Shown here: one piece after another, positions 1 to 8,461 of the stretch
Layout: every line of letters begins with the position of its first letter
Numbering within the stretch: the stretch's first letter is position 1
NCBI GenBank assembly: GCA_938045955.1
Contig: CALIBK010000006.1
Coordinates: 312 to 64,311, forward strand
Direction: 5' to 3'
Length of the DNA: 64,000 nt
Origin: an uncultured bacterium
GTDB lineage: Bacteria > Desulfobacterota > BSN033 > UBA1163
The notes under the pieces: model-generated
What the model was told of the DNA's origin: nothing
What the model saw: the letters and a program-made list of their open reading frames with translations, nothing else
The model's database searches: none
Program-made: the position numbers and the translations under genes

Positions 1-35
1 TCAGATAAAAAGCAGGTCTTCATACCCCTCCTTTC

Positions 36-72
36 TTAAAAAAGGCGCCTTTATTTAAGGCGCCTTTTTTTT
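36..72. terminator. Bidirectional Rho-independent terminator. GGCGCC ... GGCGCC stem with a TTTATTTAA loop, flanked by an A-run on the 5' side and a T-run on the 3' side; lies immediately after the rsmE stop.
   Basis: Inverted repeat aaGGCGCC(44-49) / GGCGCCtt(59-64) read directly from the sequence, with A6 before and T8 after. Confidence 0.7.
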
Positions 73-808
73 ACCCAATATCTCCCCATTCATATTGGAG
101 AATACTCATCAGGCAGAGGCTTGCCGTTTCGGCCCTGAGAATCCTTTCACCCAAGCTAATGGGGATAAATCCACCTTTTTTTGAATTCTCAATCTCCTCT
201 TCACTGAATCCTCCCTCCGGCCCAACGACAAAGAAGATCTCTTTTAACATTCTTAACTCTTTTAAAAAATTTTTTAATCTTCTCTTTTCCTTCTCCCATA
301 AGATCAGACGAAGAGATTGAGGAGAGGCGGATTGAAGCATTTCTGAAAAGTCAAGGGAGGGAATGATCTCCGGAATCTTTGCTCTTCCACATTGTTTAGA
401 GGCTTCAATGGCAATTTTTTGCCATCGATGATGACGGTTCAATCTTTTAGACTTATCCAATAAGGGAATAGAACGGGATGAAAAGAAGGGGATGATCTTT
501 TTAACCCCTAACTCGGTTGCTTTCTGGATTAAATAATCCATCTTCTCCCCTTTCAATAGGCTCTGTGCAAGGGTGATCTCCAATGGAGATTCTTTCTGGA
601 TAGAAAGAATCTCTTCAATACGAAGATATACGCTACGGGTTCCCTGGTCAATGATGATTCCCCTATACTCCTTCTCCTGACCATCAAAGAGGATGAGTTC
701 ATCCCCCTCCTTAAGACGAAGGACTCTCCGGATATGACGGACTTCCGGTCCTGTAATTCTTAATCGCCCGTCTTCAATCTCTGGATTGGGAAGATAGAAT
801 CTTGCCAT
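71..808 (-). CDS. rsmE: 16S rRNA (uracil1498-N3)-methyltransferase RsmE
   Basis: 245-aa ORF with an N-terminal PUA-like region and a C-terminal SPOUT fold ending in the typical GPEGGFSEEE motif. Sits in the conserved prmA-rsmE pair. Confidence 0.8.
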   Translation of the reverse strand: MARFYLPNPEIEDGRLRITGPEVRHIRRVLRLKEGDELILFDGQEKEYRGIIIDQGTRSVYLRIEEILSIQKESPLEITLAQSLLKGEKMDYLIQKATELGVKKIIPFFSSRSIPLLDKSKRLNRHHRWQKIAIEASKQCGRAKIPEIIPSLDFSEMLQSASPQSLRLILWEKEKRRLKNFLKELRMLKEIFFVVGPEGGFSEEEIENSKKGGFIPISLGERILRAETASLCLMSILQYEWGDIG

Positions 809-835
809 CCTTTTCTCCTAAAATGAATGAAGAAT

Positions 836-1717
836 TTAAATTCCATTCTTTTGAAAAGTGAGACAAACCCACTCTTCATCCTTGCTGGTTTCGAGATAAT
901 TAAGAGACCTTGATTTTAAATAATGATTGCAAACCTTCTGTTCGTCCTCCTGAAGGATTCCAGAAAGGATTAGAATCCCTTCGGGTTTCAGACGAGTCTC
1001 CATAGGGTCACGGAGTCTCCAGAGCGTCTTTAAATCGATATTGGCCACGATGAGATCAAATTCTTTTCTTATCCTTCCGATGCCTCCCTTTCTAAGATGG
1101 ATGACCCCGGAGAGATGATTTTGTTCCACATTTTTTCTTGCAAGCTTCAGCGCCTCTTCATCAATATCGATCCCCCACACCTCTCCTGCTCCCAAACGAG
1201 CAGCCACAATGGATAAGATCCCTGACCCTGTTCCCACATCGAGAACCGAACCTCCCCTCTCCTTAAGCCTCTTCATCAGGGCCTTTATACAAAGTCTGGT
1301 GGTACTATGAGTACCTGTCCCAAATCCCATCCCGGGAGTGATCAGAACAGGAATCTCTCCCTTTTTCGGTCTTATCTTGACCCAGGGAGGTAAAATTATT
1401 AGTTTAGAGCCGACCCGAACAGGTTTGAAATATTTCTTCCATCCCTCACTCCAATCCTGTTCATTAAGGAATTGGATTTTGATCTCGATGGAAGGAAATT
1501 GAGGAAAAATCCCCTTAAGAGATTTTAAATACTTCTCAAGGGCTCTAATCACTCCATCTATCCTCACTTTATCCGGGAAATAAGCCCTGAGGAGATTAAC
1601 ATTCTTATTCTCTTCGATTTCCTCGACTCCTGAAGCTCCCTGTTCTATCAAAAAGTGAGAAACCATATCGAAATATTCTTTCGGAATCCTCAGGGAAATA
1701 AGATTCCATCCTCTCAT
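836..1717 (-). CDS. prmA: Ribosomal protein L11 methyltransferase PrmA
   Basis: 293 aa with SAM-binding motif VLDVGTGSGILSI. Overall PrmA-like length and layout, upstream of rsmE. Confidence 0.8.
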   Translation of the reverse strand: MRGWNLISLRIPKEYFDMVSHFLIEQGASGVEEIEENKNVNLLRAYFPDKVRIDGVIRALEKYLKSLKGIFPQFPSIEIKIQFLNEQDWSEGWKKYFKPVRVGSKLIILPPWVKIRPKKGEIPVLITPGMGFGTGTHSTTRLCIKALMKRLKERGGSVLDVGTGSGILSIVAARLGAGEVWGIDIDEEALKLARKNVEQNHLSGVIHLRKGGIGRIRKEFDLIVANIDLKTLWRLRDPMETRLKPEGILILSGILQEDEQKVCNHYLKSRSLNYLETSKDEEWVCLTFQKNGI

Positions 1718-1933
1718 GAAAGAAACCCTATCACCTGGAGGATCGAGATGTCAACGAGTCTTTTTATATGCCTTAATCTTTCACTGAAGGGTGAAAATCC
1801 TTTCGGCCTGACAAGGGTGTTCCCGAAACCCTTAGGACGCAGATGAATTCGGTATAAAATGGATTCCTATATTTCAGAGTTGATTTTATAAAATTAAAAA
1901 GGTAAATTTCACAAAAATCAAAGGGGATAAAGA

Positions 1934-2860
1934 ATGGCTATTTCTATTCGAACCCTCTCAAAAAATATCAATCTCATCTTCCTTATCGCATTCCTCTCCG
2001 GTCTTTTATTTGGAAACCATGCCTCTTCCCTTAAGGGATATATCTTGCCTGCCCTCGTCCTTATTATGTCCCTCTCAACCACTCAGATTACCCTCTCTGA
2101 ACTCATTCATTTTAAACATTATCTTCGAGATATTTTGATTGTCTTTTCGATCAACTATCTTCTCCTAAGCGGAATAATTCTTTTGTTCAATCAATGGGTT
2201 ATTAGAGACCAGGACCTTTACTCGGGGTTCGTGGTTATGGCAGCAATTCCTTCGGCCATCGCCATCCTTCCTTTCACCTATCTCCTTAAAGGAGAAATGA
2301 TGGTCTCCTTGATTGGCTCTGCAAGCCTCTATCTCCTTGCTCTGGGAATGGCTCCCCTCATCTCTTTTCATTTCTTAGAGATCGGTCGGATCGAACCCCA
2401 CCGATTGATCTCCTCTCTCATCCAGTTAATTCTTATCCCTTTTATTGTCTCGAGAATTTTACTCAAATGGAAAACCTATCCTTCGATCAAGGATCATATA
2501 ACCCCGCTCGTCACGCTCACTTTCGGATTTATTATTTTCATTGTCATTGGAATCAATCGTTCTACCTTTCTCGGGCATTTCGATATCCTTTTTACTGTCT
2601 CGTGGATTGCTTTTCTCCGAACCTTTGGAACCGGCCATCTCGTTCATCTCGTCTCAAGGATTTTTGGGATAGATCGAAAGAGAAGGATGAGTTATGTCCT
2701 GTTCGGATCGTTTAAAAATCTTGGACTGGCGGCAGCCATCTCGATCTACCTTTTTAATGAAAGGGCTGCCATTCCTTCTGCGGTATCCATTCCTTTTGAA
2801 ATCCTGTTCTTCATCTGGTTTAATTATTATCAAAAAAGGTGGGATCCTGAAAGCTCCTGA
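1934..2860 (+). CDS. Polytopic inner-membrane transporter of about 10 TM segments (AEC / BASS / ACR3-like secondary carrier; family not resolved).
   Basis: 308 aa, highly hydrophobic throughout, with no soluble domain. Confidence 0.35.
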   Translation: MAISIRTLSKNINLIFLIAFLSGLLFGNHASSLKGYILPALVLIMSLSTTQITLSELIHFKHYLRDILIVFSINYLLLSGIILLFNQWVIRDQDLYSGFVVMAAIPSAIAILPFTYLLKGEMMVSLIGSASLYLLALGMAPLISFHFLEIGRIEPHRLISSLIQLILIPFIVSRILLKWKTYPSIKDHITPLVTLTFGFIIFIVIGINRSTFLGHFDILFTVSWIAFLRTFGTGHLVHLVSRIFGIDRKRRMSYVLFGSFKNLGLAAAISIYLFNERAAIPSAVSIPFEILFFIWFNYYQKRWDPESS

Positions 2861-3780
2861 ATTTTATTAAAATAAGAATGGAGGGCTCCGAATAAATGCG
2901 CTTCCTCTTTTATTTTAAATAAATGGGAACGAAAGGAGGCGCTTAACGGAAGCCCTTTCGTATACCAGGCGATGTGCCTTCGGATCTCTTTTATGGCTTT
3001 ATCTTTCTGATAATATTCCATTAAAAGGATCCAGTGACGCTCAATTGCTCCGATCCTCTCTTTTAATGTGGGAACTCTTGAAGAAGAAAAGATCCACGGG
3101 TTCCCGAGGCTCCCCCGTCCAATCATCACCCCATCGCAACCTGTCTCCCTTAATCTCCCCATGGCCATCTGGGGATCGGTAATATCTCCATTTCCGATCA
3201 CAGGAATTGAAACAGACTGTTTGACTCTTCTTACCAGATCCCAGTCGGCTTTTCCGTAAAACCTCTGAACCCCTGTCCGGGGATGAATAAAGATCCCATC
3301 CACCCCGCAATCCTCTGCTATCCTTGCAATCTCTATAGCATTCTGGTGTTTCTCATCCCAACCCGAACGAATCTTGATTGTGAGGGGGATCCGGATGGTT
3401 TTCTTTACCATCATGAGAATCTCTCTGACCCTTTCAGGGTGACGCATTAGCTCCACCCCTGCTTTGACCCGAATCACCTGAGGTGCTGGACATCCCATGT
3501 TAATATTGATCCCATCAGCACCCAAGGACTCTGAAAGGAGTGCAGCCTCCGCTAAATTCACCGGATCGGATCCAAATAATTGGACGAAGAGAGGGTGATC
3601 GTCCCTGTTGATCATGAGTAGGTCCTCTCTCTTTTTCATCAGTCCCTCGGCGCTGATCATCTCTGTAAAGGTAAGGCAACACCCATATTCTCTCATTATC
3701 TGTCTGAAGGGATAATCGGTTATCCCCGACATTGGGGCAAGAACCAACAAGCCGGTCACCGTAAGATTCCCAATCCTCAT
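2830..3780 (-). CDS. dusB: tRNA-dihydrouridine synthase (DusB-like)
   Basis: 316 aa with LAPMSGITDYPFR, a conserved catalytic Cys region and the FMN-binding TIM-barrel signature (NMGCPAPQV). Confidence 0.8.
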   Translation of the reverse strand: MRIGNLTVTGLLVLAPMSGITDYPFRQIMREYGCCLTFTEMISAEGLMKKREDLLMINRDDHPLFVQLFGSDPVNLAEAALLSESLGADGININMGCPAPQVIRVKAGVELMRHPERVREILMMVKKTIRIPLTIKIRSGWDEKHQNAIEIARIAEDCGVDGIFIHPRTGVQRFYGKADWDLVRRVKQSVSIPVIGNGDITDPQMAMGRLRETGCDGVMIGRGSLGNPWIFSSSRVPTLKERIGAIERHWILLMEYYQKDKAIKEIRRHIAWYTKGLPLSASFRSHLFKIKEEAHLFGALHSYFNKIQELSGSHLF

Positions 3781-3801
3781 AAAAGGAAAAAAACCATTGA
3801 A

Positions 3802-4668
3802 TCAGGGCTTTTGTTTATCGTTCCATTTTTTTTTAATCAATTGAATCGCTTCATCGATCCTTAATGGGCTCCCAAAATCAAGACCCTCTTTCTTCAGACC
3901 TCTAAAAAGACGGATCAAGGTAGGTTCTTCTAAATTAAAATTCTCCAGTTCCTTAAACCTTCCAAAGATCTCCTCCGGGCTTCCTCTCTCGCTTAAATGT
4001 CCGTGGCCATGCATCAGATAAAGGATATCGCTGACCTCGGATACAAGATCCACTTCATGGAGAGTCATAATAAAGGTGATCCCCTTTTCCCTATTGAGTT
4101 CATTCAGGATGGAGATAAGTTCCTTCCTTGAAAGGGGATCCAGTCCTGTAAAGGGTTCATCAAGAATGAGAAGATCGGGTTCCATGACCAGGGCTCCTGC
4201 CAGGGCAACCTTTTTCTTCTCGCCACCTGAAAGGTAATGGACCATCTTCTTCTGCAGAGACCCAAGGTTCAGCTTCTCAATGACAGCCTCTGCCAATCCC
4301 TTTGCCTTTTTCTTCTCCAATCCATAATTTAAAGGGGCAAACAGAATGTCATCATACACGGTGGGACCCAGGATCTGTTCATCCACATCCTGCATTACGA
4401 CACCGATCCTCTCCCTGACCTCTGGATACTCTTTTGTGGGATCGATTCCAAAAACCCTGACCCTCCCTTCTTTCGGCACCAAAAGTCCGAGAAGATGTTT
4501 AAGAAGGGTGGTCTTTCCACACCCATTGGAGCCCAGGATAGAAACCCTTTCCCCCCGGTTCACCACAAACTCAAGGCCACAGATCTGAACCTTGGTTTGA
4601 TCGGGATAGACATGGGTAATACAATCGACTTCAATAATCCTTTCTCTTCCTTCCATTCTCTTAATCAC
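3802..4668 (-). CDS. cbiO: ECF / cobalt-nickel transporter ATPase subunit (CbiO/EcfA)
   Basis: Walker A GSNGCGKTT, ABC signature LSGGEKKKVALA, Walker B LLILDEP. Overlaps cbiQ by 8 bp. Confidence 0.85.
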   Translation of the reverse strand: MIKRMEGRERIIEVDCITHVYPDQTKVQICGLEFVVNRGERVSILGSNGCGKTTLLKHLLGLLVPKEGRVRVFGIDPTKEYPEVRERIGVVMQDVDEQILGPTVYDDILFAPLNYGLEKKKAKGLAEAVIEKLNLGSLQKKMVHYLSGGEKKKVALAGALVMEPDLLILDEPFTGLDPLSRKELISILNELNREKGITFIMTLHEVDLVSEVSDILYLMHGHGHLSERGSPEEIFGRFKELENFNLEEPTLIRLFRGLKKEGLDFGSPLRIDEAIQLIKKKWNDKQKP

Positions 4669-5287
4669 TCCTATAATGGATTCTATTCTTAAATCCCCTT
4701 AACCTCATAGATTCATACATCTTCTCACTGTTATTGATCCCTGTCATTATTAAATGGCCAAAGGCGTTCGATAAATTGATTAAACTTCTCCAGGGATGCT
4801 TCCATTGGAATCCTCCTCTCAGGTAAAGGGCGTGTTGGGTCTCCTCTAAGACTTTCAGGAGAATAAACATAGAACGATAGGTTAGGAAAAGGGCTGTCAC
4901 AAAGACCGAAGGAAGAAATCGATTCAAAGTTTGAAAAATGAAAGGATAAGGAGTGGTCGCAAGCAGGAGGACCACCCCGGTGGCTGCAGAAAGAACCTTC
5001 AGGAAAACCAGAAGAATAAAATGGAGCTGAAAGTGAGAAATAAAAATAAAAAGAGTAGCAAATAGAAGAGGATAGAAGGTCAGGGGAAGGACTTTCAGAG
5101 AGGTCCGAGAAATGAAAAAAAGAAGGAGGAGGATCCCGTAGAGAAGAATGAGTCCAGTAAGACTTCTCAGCAGAGTAACCCAAAGGAGGACAAAACCTAT
5201 CCCAAGGATTTTCACCCCTGGAGAAAGACGATGAAGAAAGCTTCCTCCTTCGATTGCGAGATAATCAAGATAGGAAATTTGAATCAT
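4661..5287 (-). CDS. cbiQ: ECF transporter transmembrane T component (CbiQ)
   Basis: 208-aa polytopic membrane protein between cbiM and cbiO; CbiQ-like size and hydrophobicity. Confidence 0.7.
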   Translation of the reverse strand: MIQISYLDYLAIEGGSFLHRLSPGVKILGIGFVLLWVTLLRSLTGLILLYGILLLLFFISRTSLKVLPLTFYPLLFATLFIFISHFQLHFILLVFLKVLSAATGVVLLLATTPYPFIFQTLNRFLPSVFVTALFLTYRSMFILLKVLEETQHALYLRGGFQWKHPWRSLINLSNAFGHLIMTGINNSEKMYESMRLRGFKNRIHYRSD

Positions 5288-5296
5288 AAAGGATCC

Positions 5297-6028
5297 TCAT
5301 CCTTTGTCTATCATCCATAGGAGTTCTGGTCTTAAGCGATATATATATCTAAGAATCAGCGAGGTGATCACCCCTTCAAGTAACCATCCCAGGAACCCCA
5401 AGGATAGGACAATAGCCATGAATCTTCTAAAATTCACCTTTTCTGAAGCTTCTTCTTCGTGTTCTTCGTGCCCGGTCTTCTCCTTTAAAAGTTTTAATTC
5501 AAAAAGTCCTTTTTTTTCATGAGTGTGAAGAAGCTCCTCATAATGGTCTACCCCCAATCGAACCACGCCGATCATGGAAAAAGTAGAAAGTGAGAGGGCA
5601 AGGAAGGTCGAAAGAAAGGCTACAGGGATGATCCGATTCGATATCCTCCAGAAGGCTCGGAAAAAAAAGTGACCCAAAATCCCTTCTAAAGAGAGAATGA
5701 GTGTATTCAGCCCTATGACTGTAATTCCTCCATGCCCAAAAAGAGCTAAGATGAGATTCACGACAAAGGTGGCCAAAAAGATGAGGGAAGGCCCTAAAAG
5801 GATACCCGAAGCTACGGTGAGATTCACATGGTAGGCAATGGGTACAATCTCGACCGAAGCACCCAAAACCATGGCTGCAGCCATCATCCCCAGGAGTGGA
5901 AGCCGCCTGGTAAGATCCTCTTTTTTAATCAGACGGGAAAACAGCCAGGCGATGAGAACAGCCAATACATAACCGGATCCCCATAGCCAAACAGGTAAGA
6001 TTCCATCTGGCAAATGAATATGAGACAT
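5297..6028 (-). CDS. cbiM: Cobalt/nickel ECF transporter substrate-capture component CbiM, with a His-rich C-terminal extension ending in one extra TM segment (possible CbiN-like fusion).
   Basis: N-terminus MSHIHLPDGIL matches the CbiM/NikM MHIPDG signature. About 7 TM segments, then HTHEKKG...GHEEHEEE, then a terminal TM. Confidence 0.75.
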   Translation of the reverse strand: MSHIHLPDGILPVWLWGSGYVLAVLIAWLFSRLIKKEDLTRRLPLLGMMAAAMVLGASVEIVPIAYHVNLTVASGILLGPSLIFLATFVVNLILALFGHGGITVIGLNTLILSLEGILGHFFFRAFWRISNRIIPVAFLSTFLALSLSTFSMIGVVRLGVDHYEELLHTHEKKGLFELKLLKEKTGHEEHEEEASEKVNFRRFMAIVLSLGFLGWLLEGVITSLILRYIYRLRPELLWMIDKG

Positions 6029-6048
6029 CGAATCTCTCCTTTTCGAGT

Positions 6049-6477
6049 TTAAGGTAAAGAAAGGGTGCAGGTTTTACAAACTCCTAAAAAATGAACCCGG
6101 TGATCGGTAACTTTGTAACCCGTCGATTCCGACACCCATTTTGACCATTCGGTCAAATCGTTACACTCGAACTCCACCACCCTCCCACAGGATTGACAGA
6201 CGATATGGTGATGATGATTTTTCAATTTACATGACTTGTATTTCACGGAAGAACCTTTCGAAATTTTAAAAGCCATGCCCAGGGACTCGAATAAATCCAG
6301 GGAACGATAAATCGAAGTCAATCCAACCCTCCTCTTCTTACGCCTTAGATTCTCATATAGTTCGCGAGGACTTAAAGGAACCTCTGAAGAGGAAAGTTCC
6401 TGATAAATCAGAAAGCGGGGGTGACTTATTCGAAGTCTTTTCTCTTGAAATAATTCTTTAAAAAAACCTTTATCCAT
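6049..6477 (-). CDS. Fur-family metalloregulator (Fur/Nur/Zur-like)
   Basis: 142 aa with a winged-helix N-terminal half and a C-terminal metal site with HHHH and CxxC...CxxC (CQSCG ... CKTC). Confidence 0.8.
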   Translation of the reverse strand: MDKGFFKELFQEKRLRISHPRFLIYQELSSSEVPLSPRELYENLRRKKRRVGLTSIYRSLDLFESLGMAFKISKGSSVKYKSCKLKNHHHHIVCQSCGRVVEFECNDLTEWSKWVSESTGYKVTDHRVHFLGVCKTCTLSLP

Positions 6478-6490
6478 AAGGAGTTAGAAA

Positions 6491-6514
6491 ATTAATGAAA
6501 ATATTTTCATTAAT
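6491..6514. promoter_or_regulatory. Perfect 24-bp palindrome ATTAATGAAAATATTTTCATTAAT (Fur-box-like operator) 14 bp upstream of the Fur-family gene start.
   Basis: Exact inverted repeat read from the sequence. AT-rich and resembles Fur-box architecture (GATAATGATAATCATTATC class). Placed in the promoter of the fur-cbiMQO unit. Confidence 0.6.
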
Positions 6515-6566
6515 ATTTTTACCAAGACCATTAATTAATTTCAAGCCCATCCTCTAAGTGAATTTT

Positions 6567-8387
6567 TTATGATTGGGAGACTGGCTTCAAGAAAAATAGC
6601 AAACTTGAGAGGAGGTGACCAAACCCTAACGGGGATTCAAGTAAAAACTCATAAAAGAGGCGAAGAATCTTTTCTGCCTTCTCTTTCATTGAATCATCCT
6701 TCTTAAGAGAACCGAGCCTCAACAGATTCATTACAGCAACCGAGTTGGGCGAAGGGATAGCCTGATCATAGGGGTTCTTGGAACGACCGATCATAGGTAA
6801 GACCTCTCTCTCGGTAAAGAAAACCCCTCCATTTTCATTGTCCCAGAATCGGTCGATCATCACCTCATTGAGTTCATAGGCTTTTATCAGATATTCTCTC
6901 TCCATGGTGGCTTCATAGAGATCGAGAAGGGCTTGAATAAAAAAGGCATAATCTTCTGAGAACCCTTCTCCATGAACCCTTCCATGATAGAAAAGTCTCA
7001 TCAGATCCATTCCCTTCGACATTCTCTTTAGAATAAAGTGAGCGGCCTTCTGAGCGGCTTGAAGATAAACCCTATCCTCCGTAGCGATAAATCCGGAAAC
7101 TAAACCAGAAATCATTAAGCCATTCCACGAGGTGATGATCTTTTCATCTCTATGGGGTCGAATTCTTCTTTCTCTTTCAGTTAGGAGACTCTTCTGCGAT
7201 TCTTTTAAAATCTTTATCAATTCTGAAGGAGAGAGTTTGAATTCGTCTGACATCTTTTCCAAAGTAGAGGCAATGTGAAGGATATTCTTCCCGCGTTCAA
7301 AATTTCCCCGGGAAGTAACTCCATAGTAGGTCGAAAATAATTTTTCTCTTTCTTCGCCCAAAATATGATTGATCTCTTCTTTGGTCCAGAGATAAAACTT
7401 TCCTTCCTCACCTTCGCTATCCGCATCCTGAGCAGAATAGAATCCCCCCTCCGGATGACTCATCTCCCTGAGGATGTAGAAAAGGGTCTCTTCTCCAATC
7501 TGACGATATTTCTCCTTTCGGGTGGCTTGATAGGTCTCAAAATAGAGCTGAGAAAGGAGGGCATTATCATAGAGCATCTTCTCAAAATGGGGAACGAACC
7601 ATTGTTCATCCACAGAATATCGATGAAAGCCTCCCCCGAGATGATCGTAAATCCCTCCTTCTGACATCTTCTCTAAGGTCTTCTCTACCATCTTTAAAGC
7701 CTCATTCTCCCCGGTACTCTTCCAATACCTTAAAAGAAAAGTGAGAATTGGAGGGTTTGGAAATTTTGGAGCCTTTCCGAATCCCCCGTAAAGGGGATCA
7801 AACTGGTTTTTCATCAGCTCGAAAGCCTTAGTAAAGACCCCAACATCCAATTCTTTTCTGGAAGGGACAACTTTTATGGCTTCACGGAGAGCCTCTCTCA
7901 TCTGACTCTCCATATGGGCAATTTCTTTCCGGCGGGTCCGGTAATAATCCGAAACAATCATCAAGACCTTAGAAAATCCAGGTAATCCCATGCGGTCTTC
8001 GGGAGGGAAATAAGTTCCTCCATGAAAAGGAACGAGATCAGGAGTGAGGAAGACCGTCATCGGCCATCCTCCACTTCCGGTCATTAAATGGAGTGCCTTC
8101 ATATAGATTTCATCAAGATCGGGTCTCTCCTCCCGGTCGACTTTGATGTTGATAAATCGTTCATTCATGATTCTCGCAATGGCTTCATTTTCAAAACACT
8201 CCTTCTCCATCCTGTGACACCAATGACATGAGGAATACCCGATACTCAAGAGAATGGGTTTATCCTCATGTTTGGCTCGTGAAAGGGCCTCCTCTCCCCA
8301 TGGATACCAGTCCACCGGATTGTGAGCGTGTTGTAATAGATAGGGACTGGCTTCATGAATCAACCGATTGGTGTATCGAGGTGGCAT
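6567..8387 (-). CDS. Thioredoxin-domain protein of the YyaL / DUF255 family (N-terminal thioredoxin-like domain plus a six-hairpin glycosidase-like domain)
   Basis: 606 aa. N-terminus [12 protein letters not shown]...[14 protein letters not shown] is the DUF255 thioredoxin-like motif. Confidence 0.75.
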   Translation of the reverse strand: MPPRYTNRLIHEASPYLLQHAHNPVDWYPWGEEALSRAKHEDKPILLSIGYSSCHWCHRMEKECFENEAIARIMNERFINIKVDREERPDLDEIYMKALHLMTGSGGWPMTVFLTPDLVPFHGGTYFPPEDRMGLPGFSKVLMIVSDYYRTRRKEIAHMESQMREALREAIKVVPSRKELDVGVFTKAFELMKNQFDPLYGGFGKAPKFPNPPILTFLLRYWKSTGENEALKMVEKTLEKMSEGGIYDHLGGGFHRYSVDEQWFVPHFEKMLYDNALLSQLYFETYQATRKEKYRQIGEETLFYILREMSHPEGGFYSAQDADSEGEEGKFYLWTKEEINHILGEEREKLFSTYYGVTSRGNFERGKNILHIASTLEKMSDEFKLSPSELIKILKESQKSLLTERERRIRPHRDEKIITSWNGLMISGLVSGFIATEDRVYLQAAQKAAHFILKRMSKGMDLMRLFYHGRVHGEGFSEDYAFFIQALLDLYEATMEREYLIKAYELNEVMIDRFWDNENGGVFFTEREVLPMIGRSKNPYDQAIPSPNSVAVMNLLRLGSLKKDDSMKEKAEKILRLFYEFLLESPLGFGHLLSSLLFFLKPVSQS

Positions 8388-8461
8388 CTGGATTACGATC
8401 CCCCTTTCAAATTTTTCATAAATCCTATAATATAGTATAAACGAATTATTTGGAGATAGCT

